Assembly (NCBI GenBank): GCA_040756875.1
Contig: JBFLYH010000001.1
Coordinates: forward strand, 800,001-864,000
DNA: 64,000 nt
Source: a candidate division FCPU426 bacterium
GTDB lineage: Bacteria > Oederibacteriota > JAAXVQ01 > JAUVAV01
Direction of reading: 5' to 3'
In this document: piece by piece, positions 44,358 to 53,590 of the stretch
Numbering within the stretch: the stretch's first letter is position 1
How the letters are laid out: each line of letters opens with the position of its first letter
Made by a program: the position numbers and the translations under genes
Notes under the pieces: generated by a model
Told to the model about the DNA's origin: nothing
Database searches by the model: none
Seen by the model: only the letters and a program-made list of their open reading frames with translations

Positions 44358-45475
44358 GGCGCGGTTTCCCTGCCCAGAAGCCAGCTTAAGCCCAACTGGA
44401 GGGCCGCTTCCACTTCTTCCGCTTTTTCCGGGTTCGCAGAAGCTTTCCGCTCCTGGGCCAGGCGGATGAAGCGCCCGATCACCGTGCTCTCGGGATAAAC
44501 CGCCATGGCCTCGGGCGTGAATTCCGCGTGCATGGCGTTGTGCAGACGAACAAAGAAAAAGTCGGGTTCGAGGGCTTTGCGCAGCGCGTCCAGGTCCGGT
44601 GCGGACGTGGGCGCGATCAGGCCGGTAAGGGTGAGGTCTAAAATCGCTTCCGGATCACGCTGCGCTCCGGCCAGTTTGAGAATTGCCGCCTGATCCAGGC
44701 CTTCGGCGGCCAGGCGCAGGATGCGCCGCTTGCCCACAGGCAGGGGTTCGACGCTGGTTTTTTTTCCCTCTTCCAAGGTCACCAGGAGGACGCTTCCCGG
44801 CTCCGCTTCATCCAGGGCGATGGTCTCCGGCGAGCCGGAATACCAGGCCGTGGTGGCTCCTGCCGAGCAATCCCTTTGACGGTGCCAGTGGCCCAGGGCC
44901 AGGTAATCAAGCTGGGTGGCTTCCACTTCAGCCGGCGTGAAAACTGCTTCCCTCAGGGGGTTGGAACCAAGTTCCAGGGCGGCATGCGCCAGCCCGAGGT
45001 GCCAGCCTTCGGCCTCGGTGCGACGCAGCAGGGCCACGGGACGCTTGGGTTCGTCCGCCTGGCGGAGTGAAATGCCCTGGATGGTCACCTGCAGTTCGGG
45101 ATCGTTCCACTCGGCTGTCTGCGGGGTAAAGACAATGAGCTGCCCGGGATATTCGGAGGCCAGCCGGTTCAAGGCCGTTCCCCGGTCCCAGGCGTCGTGC
45201 GTGCCTGCAATCATGAGCACGCGTATGCCGGCGGCGGACAGGCGCGACATAGCCTGGCGCAGCGCAGCCAGCGATTCCGGCGACGGCGCCGCGCTGTCGA
45301 AAAGATCCCCGGCCAGCAATACCAGGCGAACTTGATGCCGGACTGCCAGTTCCGCGATTTCCGCCAGCGTGGCGCGCAACCGTTCGCGCTGGGCGCGTCC
45401 TTTCTCGCCCAATTGCACGAATTTGGCGCCCAAATGCAGGTCAGCGGTATGGATGAACTTGAGCGGAGGTTTCAT
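44348..45475 (-). CDS. Mre11/SbcD/YhaO-like metallophosphoesterase nuclease
   Basis: HTADLHLG, AGDLFD, GTHD, LGHWH, YSGSPE. Confidence 0.9.
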   Translation of the reverse strand: MKPPLKFIHTADLHLGAKFVQLGEKGRAQRERLRATLAEIAELAVRHQVRLVLLAGDLFDSAAPSPESLAALRQAMSRLSAAGIRVLMIAGTHDAWDRGTALNRLASEYPGQLIVFTPQTAEWNDPELQVTIQGISLRQADEPKRPVALLRRTEAEGWHLGLAHAALELGSNPLREAVFTPAEVEATQLDYLALGHWHRQRDCSAGATTAWYSGSPETIALDEAEPGSVLLVTLEEGKKTSVEPLPVGKRRILRLAAEGLDQAAILKLAGAQRDPEAILDLTLTGLIAPTSAPDLDALRKALEPDFFFVRLHNAMHAEFTPEAMAVYPESTVIGRFIRLAQERKASANPEKAEEVEAALQLGLSWLLGRETAPWS

Positions 45476-45487
45476 CCTAAACCCCAA

Positions 45488-45601
45488 AAGGGATTTGCCA
45501 CGGATGCACACAGATCCATGGGAATACAACATGATCAAATGACGAACACATTTTTTGCCGGTTTTTATTTAATCCTGTGTCCATCCGTATAAATCTGTGG
45601 T
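45488..45601. repeat. Intergenic palindromic element built from ACRGAT units
   Basis: CCACGGATGCACACAGAT .. ATCCTGTGTCCATCCGTATAAATCTGTGG. Confidence 0.6.
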
Positions 45602-46056
45602 TATTCATTTTTAAACTCTTTCGAATCCAGGAGGATGGTGACCGGGCCGTCGTTGACCAGCATGACCTGCATATGCGCCTGAAAAACGCCGGTTTTGACG
45701 GAAACCCCGCAGGCTTCGAGTTCCCGGCAAAAAAGTTCAAACCCTTTTCGGCCGGATTCCGGTCCGGCTGCACGGGTAAAGTCCGGCCGGCGTCCGCGCC
45801 GGACATCGCCCAAAAGCGTGAATTGGGGCACAGCCAATACCTGTCCCTGAATCTGCCCCAGATCCAGATTCATCTTCCCCTCGCCATCCTCGAAAATCCT
45901 CAGGCCGGCGATTTTTTTAGCCAGCTGGCTGATTTCACCCTCCTGGTCGTCCGCCGCAATGCCCGCCAAAACCAGCATGCCCCGCCCGATTGCGGCCACT
46001 TTTTGCTGCGCCACTGACACCTCGGCGGCCGCCACCCTTTGCACAACCGCTTTCAT
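45601..46056 (-). CDS. dtd: D-aminoacyl-tRNA deacylase
   Basis: MKAVVQRV, LRIFED..GKMN, PQFTL, NDGPVT. Confidence 0.95.
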   Translation of the reverse strand: MKAVVQRVAAAEVSVAQQKVAAIGRGMLVLAGIAADDQEGEISQLAKKIAGLRIFEDGEGKMNLDLGQIQGQVLAVPQFTLLGDVRRGRRPDFTRAAGPESGRKGFELFCRELEACGVSVKTGVFQAHMQVMLVNDGPVTILLDSKEFKNE

Positions 46057-46445
46057 GTTGTCCGCCTCCGTGTCTGCCGTTCCAGACGGCGCAATTGCCG
46101 GTCGTCGAAGCCGAAGTGATGGCCGATCTCGTGCCACAACACGTCGTAGACCTCTTCCTCCAGTTCTTTTTCATCCCGGCAGCGTGCGGCCAGGGGGCGG
46201 CGAAAGAAGGTTATTTTGTCAGGAAGCACCTGGCCGTATTCCAGGCCGCGCTGGGATTGCGGCACGCCCTGGTAGAGGCCAAGCAAATCCTCATCCGCCC
46301 TCAACCGCAGCGATTTCCGCACCTCCGGCCCGGGGTCCTCTTCGAGTACGAATCCGACATTGTTTAAACGGCGGCGAAATACGGCGGGTAAGCGGTCGAG
46401 CGCCTTGCGAATCACGGCGGCCAACTGCTGCCGGGACACTCTCAC
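46053..46445 (-). CDS. Zincin-like metallopeptidase (minimal, DUF1025-like)
   Basis: LLGLYQG, PDKITFFRRP, HEIGHHFG. Confidence 0.88.
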   Translation of the reverse strand: MRVSRQQLAAVIRKALDRLPAVFRRRLNNVGFVLEEDPGPEVRKSLRLRADEDLLGLYQGVPQSQRGLEYGQVLPDKITFFRRPLAARCRDEKELEEEVYDVLWHEIGHHFGFDDRQLRRLERQTRRRTT

Positions 46446-46472
46446 TCCCGGCACTCCGGCAGGCAACCCGGG

Positions 46473-46850
46473 TCAGGAGCGGTCATATTTTTCCAGGACG
46501 CGTTTGACGCGGGTGACCAAATCGCTGGGTTCGAAGGGTTTGATGATGTAGTCATCCGCCCCCAGCGAAAAAGCCCGGGCGATGCTGGCGGCATCCGAAT
46601 GGGCGGAGATGAAAATCACTGGCAGGTTGATGGAAGGCTGGCTTTTAATCGCGCGGCAAACCTCGAACCCGTTCATGTTCGGCATGCCGATGTCCAACAG
46701 CAGCAGGTCGATGCGGAATTTGGTCAGCATGGCAATGCCCTGGGTACCGCTGGTCGCACCGTAAAAATCGAAATTCTCGGCTTCCAGCGTGTACTTGACC
46801 GAGTCCAGGGTGTCTTGGTTGTCTTCGATAAAAATGATTTTCTTTTTCAT
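46473..46850 (-). CDS. Single-domain response regulator
   Basis: IED, LLDIGMP, GADDYIIKPF. Confidence 0.9.
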   Translation of the reverse strand: MKKKIIFIEDNQDTLDSVKYTLEAENFDFYGATSGTQGIAMLTKFRIDLLLLDIGMPNMNGFEVCRAIKSQPSINLPVIFISAHSDAASIARAFSLGADDYIIKPFEPSDLVTRVKRVLEKYDRS

Positions 46851-46866
46851 TTCAGAATGGGCCCTC

Positions 46867-47877
46867 TCACTTTTTCGGCATCATGGCCAGGCGGGCGGCA
46901 CCGAATACACCCGCCCGGTCTCCCAATTTGGCGCTGACAATGCGCGCGCACCGCCCCAGATCGTTCAAAACCCTGCGCTGAGATTCCAGGCGAACGTGGC
47001 GCAACAGCTCCTCACCGGCTTGGGAAACGCCACCGCCGATAATCACCAATTCCGGATTGAGCAGATTGATCACGTTGGCCACGGCAATGCCAAGATATAC
47101 GCCGGTCCGGCGGATGATGTCCCGGGCGCCCGGATCTCCCGACCGGGCCGCTTCGAAGACTTTCTTGGCAGTGACTGATCTTGGATCGCCGCCGCACAGG
47201 CGCGCCAGCTTCGAACCGGGCCGCTTTTTTATCCATAAGCGGCCTTCCCGCGCAATGGCCGTGCCCGACGCCAGGGCTTCCAGGCAACCGCGGTTTCCGC
47301 AACCACAACGGGGTCCATCGGGCAGGATGGTCATATGCCCCAATTCCCCTGCCCCGTCGCAGGCCCCGTGCACCAGTCGGTTGTCCAGGATGATGCCGCC
47401 GCCCACGCCCGTGCCCAGGGTGTACACAACCACATGTCCGTGCTTTTTTCCCGCCCCCAGCCACTGTTCGCCCAAAGCTGCGACATTGGCGTCATTGTCG
47501 ATCCGAATATCGGTTTTCAGCGCAGTGCGCAGTTTTTGGGCCAAAGGGATGTTTTTCCATCCCGGGAGGTTTGGCGAGTATTTCACCAGCCCGCGGCTGC
47601 AATCGATTACTCCGGGCACCCCGAATCCAATTGCCCGGATGCGCGCCTTGGCCCCCCCGGCCCCGCTTTGCAGCTCCCGCACCAAACCGATGATTTTCCC
47701 GATGGTATTTTCAACCCCGGTGTGGGAATCCGTCGTGGTTTTTTTCAGTCGCAGAAGCTTGCCAGCGGAGGTGACCGCCGCGGCGGTCAGATTGCTTCCG
47801 CCCAGATCGACGCCTAAATAGATTTCGCTCACGTGTCTTGGCCTCGTCTCTCCGTGATTCTGGGCATTGGCATTCAT
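46867..47877 (-). CDS. ROK-family sugar kinase (glucokinase-like)
   Basis: GVDLGGS, DNDAN, GTGVGGG, GELGH, CGCGNRGCLE; start may be GTG at 47832. Confidence 0.9.
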   Translation of the reverse strand: MNANAQNHGETRPRHVSEIYLGVDLGGSNLTAAAVTSAGKLLRLKKTTTDSHTGVENTIGKIIGLVRELQSGAGGAKARIRAIGFGVPGVIDCSRGLVKYSPNLPGWKNIPLAQKLRTALKTDIRIDNDANVAALGEQWLGAGKKHGHVVVYTLGTGVGGGIILDNRLVHGACDGAGELGHMTILPDGPRCGCGNRGCLEALASGTAIAREGRLWIKKRPGSKLARLCGGDPRSVTAKKVFEAARSGDPGARDIIRRTGVYLGIAVANVINLLNPELVIIGGGVSQAGEELLRHVRLESQRRVLNDLGRCARIVSAKLGDRAGVFGAARLAMMPKK

Positions 47878-47944
47878 TTTACGACGAAAGAAAAGCGGGC
47901 GCAATATTATTTCGGTCTTGCCGAAAGGACAGACAGCCGGAAGG

Positions 47945-48574
47945 TCACCAATGCAAGCCGTGCGTCAGGGCATATCCCAGGCCGGCAAAATGACGCAGCA
48001 GATCCGCGGACCACTGCGCGTCCCGCCAGGCGTAAAATTCGTTGCGATAGATGAACAACCCCGAGCCCGGCCGTCCAAACAGTTCCCCGGCTGATTGGCA
48101 CAGGGGTTCCAGCCCGGAAAAAGACTGGCGGGCCGCCAGTTCCGGCTGTTCGTTCCAGAGCCAGTTGAACGTCGCGAGAAAATCCATCCCGCCTTGGGAC
48201 AGGCCGCACAGGCAGCCGGCCCATATGCCTTCGGCATCCAAGGCGCCAAATAAAAATACCTGCGGTGAATCGAACCGGGCCGCCGAGGCATGCAACAGCC
48301 CTGCTGGCCAGCCAAAAAACAATGGGTCAGGAAGATGCAGACCCTGGGAATGGGCCGCATTACGCAGGGCTGCGTCTACTTTCCATGCAGGTTGAATACC
48401 GGGAAGACGCAGAGCGTCCAATGCTTGGGTTTGCATGCCCCAATATTGGGAGTCCGGAATTTCCGAGGGTATCATGGCATGCGTCCACCCTGGCGTGGGA
48501 GTCCACGCCAGTGACGCCAATCGGCGTAATTGCTCCGGATCGGGATCTAACCACCTGAATCCTGGGTTTAGCAT
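47945..48574 (-). CDS. Hypothetical protein
   Basis: About 209-aa ORF overlapping the upstream stop within a co-directional run. Confidence 0.6.
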   Translation of the reverse strand: MLNPGFRWLDPDPEQLRRLASLAWTPTPGWTHAMIPSEIPDSQYWGMQTQALDALRLPGIQPAWKVDAALRNAAHSQGLHLPDPLFFGWPAGLLHASAARFDSPQVFLFGALDAEGIWAGCLCGLSQGGMDFLATFNWLWNEQPELAARQSFSGLEPLCQSAGELFGRPGSGLFIYRNEFYAWRDAQWSADLLRHFAGLGYALTHGLHW

Positions 48575-50538
48575 TCGATTAATTCCCACCATTTGATCTG
48601 GCGCGGACCGATGTTTACCTTAATTTCATGGTTCCCGCCCCAATATTTCGATTGATTCCATAAATCGTGCAACACGAATTTTCCTTCCCTCCGGGCCGTG
48701 GTTTCCAAAGGGGAGGCTCCCCCATTCAAGGCGGCGATGAACACCCGGTTTCGATACTTGTGGAAAAATACCCGGTCAGGCGCCGGCTCAAAAACCACGG
48801 GCCGCGGCCCGCCCACCTGCTGCAACGCCCTGAGCAATTTAAGATCCGAAAAATCAGCCAGGTGAATCAACCGGCCTGTTTTGGCGTTTTTACCGCGATT
48901 GGATTTGGAAGGCTTGACGGAAGCCAATTCGGCCAGCGTGGGGCTGCTGGCGCCCTCAGGCGCCTGAGGCAACGGCCCGATCAGGATGACCGGAAGGCCG
49001 GATTGCACCTTTTGCACCAGCCTTTGCTGCTCGTCAGCCTCCATTTTTTCGAAGGAAGCGGCGATGACCACCGTGGTTCGCGTCCAACGGTCAGCGCCTG
49101 CTTCGGCATTCAAGATCCCATAGGGAAATTGCTGGCAACGGAGGAATTCCTCGATTTGCCGCCATCGCTCCAGCCATGCCTGCGCCTCAGGTTCAAGCGC
49201 ATCGCCCGGCGAGGTCCCGGCGGGGCGTGGCGAAAAGTCCAGGCTGTGGCGAGGGTCAGCCGAGAGCGCGCGGAGTCTTTCAAGCCGCGGCCAGGCAACG
49301 AGCATGACTTCGGCATGGAGTTGGCTTGACAGAAACCCATCGGGTTTGGCCGCTTCCTGCAAAGCAGGCCACAAGGGCGCCACGAGGCGCCGCCCATGGC
49401 CCCGGCGGTCGCAAAGAAAACCCGGATAAGCGCCCGAGCCGGCGGCTGAAACAATGTCCCATCCTCTTGCCCCCAGAATCAGGCGTTTGAGCCATTCGAA
49501 TTCAGCCTCGGATTCCGCCTCCAGCGCAGGCAAAACCGCCCGCAAATCAGCGGCAAAACGGTTTTCCGTGCTGATGCGCAGGATGGCTTCATCGCCTTCG
49601 AGCAGTGGCCATTCCGGCCAAAAAGCATCGAATGCCCGCAGTTTCTCCAGCTCAGTCAAGTTAAACGGGGTGGAGACGGTCGGGAGGGTGGCCAGCAAGA
49701 GCGGAATGCGCCCTTGCGCGAGGGGCGCGAACAACCGATGCAGGCGCTCGGCGGCGCGCACGAAGTATTCTTCCCGATATTGAGCCCAATCCAGCCAGTA
49801 TGTTTCCGGTTTGCCTTGCCGGGGATTTTTCCCGGCTGGCGGCTGAACCTCCGCGAACGAAGGATGCGCCTCGCCATACGCCCGGTTAAGCGAATCCACT
49901 TTCCCGTAGCGACGTTTCAGCCAATCCCGGTAGGCCGAGAGCGCTTCAGGATGATAATCCGCTGCATAAGCGCCCAGGGCGTTCCGCCAGCCGGGCGCCT
50001 GGCTCAGGCCCAAACCGATAACCGGACCGTCCGGGTCCAGCCAGGGTTCCAGAATTGGCTGCAGGCTTGAAGCGAAAGGCTGCAAGGCATCCGTTAGAAA
50101 ATGGGAAAGCAGGCAAGGCAGCGCAAATACTTCCCCGCCCTGGCACCGCGAGGACGGAACCAGCCGTCCCTGGGCATCCCGGGCCAGGGCCGATTCGGCC
50201 TCCAATAATTCCGCGGGGTAACCGGCGGCAGGAACTCCAGGAAGATCGCGCGGGCCGAGCCAGAGGAAAGCTTTCATGCCCAGCGATTTGACTTCCGCCA
50301 GAAAAGCGCCGAGGTCCGCATTCGGCCGGTGGGTTCCAAAATCATACTGATCGGATGAAATCCAATGCACGGAAGGAGGCACGGCGGCGGATATGACGTT
50401 TTGTCCGGCAGATGAAACGGCTTTCAGGACATCGCGCCAATGGGAACGTTCAAACTCCCAATAGTTGACTTGAAGGAAAAGCCAGGGATGGGGTTCCCCG
50501 CCCCATTCCCATCCCCCGGCCCGTAGCTTAACGGTCAT
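48568..50538 (-). CDS. GH35/GH42 beta-galactosidase-like protein, divergent
   Basis: GH35-like N-terminus (VNYW, YDFG, DLGAFL, LGP), WLKRRYG..LNRAYG, DWAQY, trimerisation-like C-terminal domain. Confidence 0.7.
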   Translation of the reverse strand: MTVKLRAGGWEWGGEPHPWLFLQVNYWEFERSHWRDVLKAVSSAGQNVISAAVPPSVHWISSDQYDFGTHRPNADLGAFLAEVKSLGMKAFLWLGPRDLPGVPAAGYPAELLEAESALARDAQGRLVPSSRCQGGEVFALPCLLSHFLTDALQPFASSLQPILEPWLDPDGPVIGLGLSQAPGWRNALGAYAADYHPEALSAYRDWLKRRYGKVDSLNRAYGEAHPSFAEVQPPAGKNPRQGKPETYWLDWAQYREEYFVRAAERLHRLFAPLAQGRIPLLLATLPTVSTPFNLTELEKLRAFDAFWPEWPLLEGDEAILRISTENRFAADLRAVLPALEAESEAEFEWLKRLILGARGWDIVSAAGSGAYPGFLCDRRGHGRRLVAPLWPALQEAAKPDGFLSSQLHAEVMLVAWPRLERLRALSADPRHSLDFSPRPAGTSPGDALEPEAQAWLERWRQIEEFLRCQQFPYGILNAEAGADRWTRTTVVIAASFEKMEADEQQRLVQKVQSGLPVILIGPLPQAPEGASSPTLAELASVKPSKSNRGKNAKTGRLIHLADFSDLKLLRALQQVGGPRPVVFEPAPDRVFFHKYRNRVFIAALNGGASPLETTARREGKFVLHDLWNQSKYWGGNHEIKVNIGPRQIKWWELIEC

Positions 50539-50544
50539 GCCAGG

Positions 50545-51465
50545 TTAGGAGCGGAGCGGCGCGGAAACCAAGCGGTTCTTCCCCTGCCGTTTGGCCTCGA
50601 GCAGCGCATCATCGGCCATTTTCAGCAGTTCTTCCTTGGTGCCGGCATTGTCGCTCGCGAACGCGGAAGCTCCCAGGGAAATCGTTATGAGCTGGTCCGG
50701 ATCGTTTCTTATGAAGCGGGTTTCGGCAATGAGCTTGCACAGACGCTCGCCCACGACCTTGGCGCCGCCCAGATCGGTTTGCGGGAGAATCAGCAGAAAT
50801 TCCTCGCCGCCGTAGCGGGCGATAATGTCCACCACGCGGTTGGAATTTTTCATGATGACGGCGATTTGCTGGAGAATCTGGTCTCCCTGCAAATGGCCGT
50901 AGGTGTCGTTGATGAATTTAAAATTGTCGATATCCAGCATCAGGCAGGCCAGCGGGTATTTGTAGCGCCTCGCCCGCTCCACTTCCTCGTGAAAGCGTTC
51001 CATGAGGTAGCGGCGGTTGTACAGCGAGGTGAGCGGATCGGTCATCGACAATTCGGACAAGCGCTGGTTGACTTCGCGCAGGTGGTCGTGCTCGCCCTTG
51101 ATGCGCAAGGCCGCTTCCACCCGGGCGATCAGTTCGTCCAAGTCAAACGGCTTGGTGATGTAATCGTGCCCCCCCATGCGCAGGCCGACCACCTTGCTGT
51201 CGGTCTCGCCCTTGACCGTCAGGAAAATGACCGGAATATGCTGAAGGGTCTCGTTTTCCTTAAGCAGTTTAAGGACTTCGTACCCGTTCAGCTTGGGCAT
51301 CATTACATCCAGCAGGATGAGGTCCGGAAGGTTTTCCTCCGCCATTTTAAGCGCTTCCCGACCGTCCTGCGACCAGAGGGTGGCATATCCCTTGGCTTCC
51401 AGTATGATTTTAACCAATTCGGCGATGTTGGCGTCGTCTTCAGCAATCAGAATTCGTTCTGACAC
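50545..51465 (-). CDS. REC-GGDEF diguanylate cyclase (PleD/WspR-like)
   Basis: LLDVMMP; DPLTSLYNRR, DIDNFK, RVVD I-site, RYGGEEF. Confidence 0.93.
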   Translation of the reverse strand: MSERILIAEDDANIAELVKIILEAKGYATLWSQDGREALKMAEENLPDLILLDVMMPKLNGYEVLKLLKENETLQHIPVIFLTVKGETDSKVVGLRMGGHDYITKPFDLDELIARVEAALRIKGEHDHLREVNQRLSELSMTDPLTSLYNRRYLMERFHEEVERARRYKYPLACLMLDIDNFKFINDTYGHLQGDQILQQIAVIMKNSNRVVDIIARYGGEEFLLILPQTDLGGAKVVGERLCKLIAETRFIRNDPDQLITISLGASAFASDNAGTKEELLKMADDALLEAKRQGKNRLVSAPLRS

Positions 51466-51543
51466 GAGCAGCCTCCCGCATGGATCGTTATAAATCGGCC
51501 TGCACCTATGCCCGTCGAACCTTTGGAGCCGCGTCGGAAAACC

Positions 51544-51617
51544 GAGCAGGAGATCAGTTGAACAGTAGACCGCAGTTGAACTTTCACCTGATCAACTGTT
51601 CCACTGTTCAACTGCTC
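51544..51617. repeat. Palindromic element built from 8-mer CAGTTGAA-like units
   Basis: CAGTTGAACAGTAGA..CAGTTGAA facing TCAACTGTTCCACTGTTCAACTG. Confidence 0.6.
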
Positions 51618-51648
51618 TAAAAATTTTCCCGCCGTACGGGAAAATTTT

Positions 51649-51733
51649 TGGTGCGAGGGGCGGGACTTGAACCCGCACGGATTGCTCCATACGCCCCTCA
51701 AACGTATGTGTCTGCCAGTTCCACCACCCTCGC
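51649..51733 (-). tRNA. tRNA-Leu (GAG)
   Basis: GCGAGGGTGGTGGAACTGGCAGAC..TTGAGG..long variable arm..TTCAAG..CCA, 85 nt. Confidence 0.95.
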
Positions 51734-51784
51734 ACATCCTTGCGAGGCGTCACTATACCGTAACGTCCTGTGGATGTCAAGGCG

Positions 51785-52693
51785 TTAGGCCACAACCACC
51801 TGATTGCCACCGGCCTGCTGGGCCTGCCGCAGGGCTTCAGCCGCGCGGGCGAGCAACGAGTCGGTGGTGGAATCCGCGGCCTGCGGCAGAGCAACGATAC
51901 CCAGGGACACCGTAACCACTTGCTGGGGGGCGGCGGCCACCAGTTTCGTGCGGCGTACCTGCCGGATGATCCGCCGGCCGATATGCTCGGCCCCACCCAG
52001 GTCGGTTTGCACCAGCAGCATGCCGATTTCCGCCTCCTGCCAGCGTCCCAACAAGTCCACCACCCGGTTGGTACGGCGCAACAACCAGGCCAATTTTTGC
52101 AGCACCTGGTCCGCTTGCCAAGGCCCGTACTGTTCAGCCAAGCCAGCCTGGCCGTCCACAGCCGCCAGGGCGCACGCCAGCGGATATTCGTGCTGGCGGG
52201 CCCGCTCGATTTCTTCGGCCATCCGTTCCAGAAAATGACGGGGCGTCAGCAGGCCGGTCAAGGGGTCAGCCAGGGCCCACTCCTTGACGCGGCGGTTGCC
52301 GTGCTGCAACGCGGCACTGCCATTGCGCATACGCAGCGCAGCTTCCACGCGCGCCATCAGTTCATACAGATCGAAGGGTTTGCTGATGAAATCATAACTG
52401 CCGAGCCGCAACCCGGCGACTTTATCCGCCGGGCTGGCTTTGCCGCTCATGAGAATCACCGTGATCGTCCGCAAAGCAGGGTCAGACTGCAGCCAATGCA
52501 GCACTTCATAGCCGTTCAGTTTGGGCAGCAAGACGTCCATAAGGATCAAATCCGGCTGAAGGGTTTTGGCCAATTGCATCGTTTCCTGCCCGTCCCTGGC
52601 CCAATGGATATCATATCCTTTATTGGACAGAATCGTCCGCAGCAATTCCCCTATTTGTGGATCATCTTCGGCGATCAAAATGGCTTCGGCCAT
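51785..52693 (-). CDS. REC plus degenerate GGDEF protein
   Basis: Paralog of 50545-51465; active site reads RWQEAE; RVVD retained. Confidence 0.85.
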   Translation of the reverse strand: MAEAILIAEDDPQIGELLRTILSNKGYDIHWARDGQETMQLAKTLQPDLILMDVLLPKLNGYEVLHWLQSDPALRTITVILMSGKASPADKVAGLRLGSYDFISKPFDLYELMARVEAALRMRNGSAALQHGNRRVKEWALADPLTGLLTPRHFLERMAEEIERARQHEYPLACALAAVDGQAGLAEQYGPWQADQVLQKLAWLLRRTNRVVDLLGRWQEAEIGMLLVQTDLGGAEHIGRRIIRQVRRTKLVAAAPQQVVTVSLGIVALPQAADSTTDSLLARAAEALRQAQQAGGNQVVVA

Positions 52694-53047
52694 GCATTAC
52701 TCCTCACAATGTTTACTCGTCCCTCTACAATTTATTTTCGGCAGGGCCCGGCATTTTCTGACTTGGGTTGTGTTTTATTTTAAGTAAAATTCTTTCGAAA
52801 ATTTGCATTCGCCGTTTTTCTAAGCTATATATAACTCGCATCTCACATGACACACGAGGGCAAACAGCGGTTTTCGATTCTTGATGACCGGTAAATGTCT
52901 CGGATCCAAAAACGCGTTTGACCGCTTTTAACGTTTACCCGCCCTTGGAAAGGAGGCACGTCCAGCCGGTCCCGTTTCCGATAATCACGACCAGCTTATA
53001 CTATTGCCGAGCTTGCACCATTCACACTTCCCCAGGAGGCTATAACC

Positions 53048-53566
53048 GTGAAAAAATTTTGGTACAGTTTGCTGGTTTTGGGCCTGACACTTTCGGTATT
53101 AAGCGGCTGTTCAGGAGTCAATCCCACTGCTCCTCAAGCCGGCGATTCCTCGCAGCTCACCTCACAAGCCATCGCTTCCACCGAGACCTTGACTGCCGTA
53201 GCGGTTTTCCCGTATATCGCCCAGTTCGAAAGCGAAACACTGGAGGCTGTGGTTATTTATGACAGCTCTACCGGCCGCATGACCAGCATTTCCATCAGTA
53301 ACAAATACGGCCCGGCCACCACCCGTCGCATCCAAGCGCAAGTCAGATCGCAGCTGACAAATTATTTCGCCACGCCGCCAGTGCCGCTCGTCAACGCCCT
53401 GGGCCGATGGGGCACCTATACCGCAACCTTGAAAATCGGCTTCCATGCCGATGGAAACATCATTTATCTGCGGCAAGTCAATCAAGGTTACACGAACATT
53501 TTTTGCTATTACATCAATTCACAAACACCGTATTCTTCGCGTATCACCCGTTATCCCATGCCTTGA
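53048..53566 (+). CDS. Hypothetical lipoprotein
   Basis: AGGAGG RBS, MKK..LSGC lipobox. Confidence 0.75.
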   Translation: MKKFWYSLLVLGLTLSVLSGCSGVNPTAPQAGDSSQLTSQAIASTETLTAVAVFPYIAQFESETLEAVVIYDSSTGRMTSISISNKYGPATTRRIQAQVRSQLTNYFATPPVPLVNALGRWGTYTATLKIGFHADGNIIYLRQVNQGYTNIFCYYINSQTPYSSRITRYPMP

Positions 53567-53590
53567 GCGGCTTTGCCCCACGCTAATGCC

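Noticed and set aside
51649-51733. tRNA-Leu as an integration site
   Set aside because: I saw no duplicated tRNA 3' end and no integrase in the window.
52850-53015. Possible riboswitch in the leader of the lipoprotein gene (GGGCAAAC..GGAAAG..TTGCCGA)
   Set aside because: Spacing and pairing do not fit the GEMM consensus by eye.
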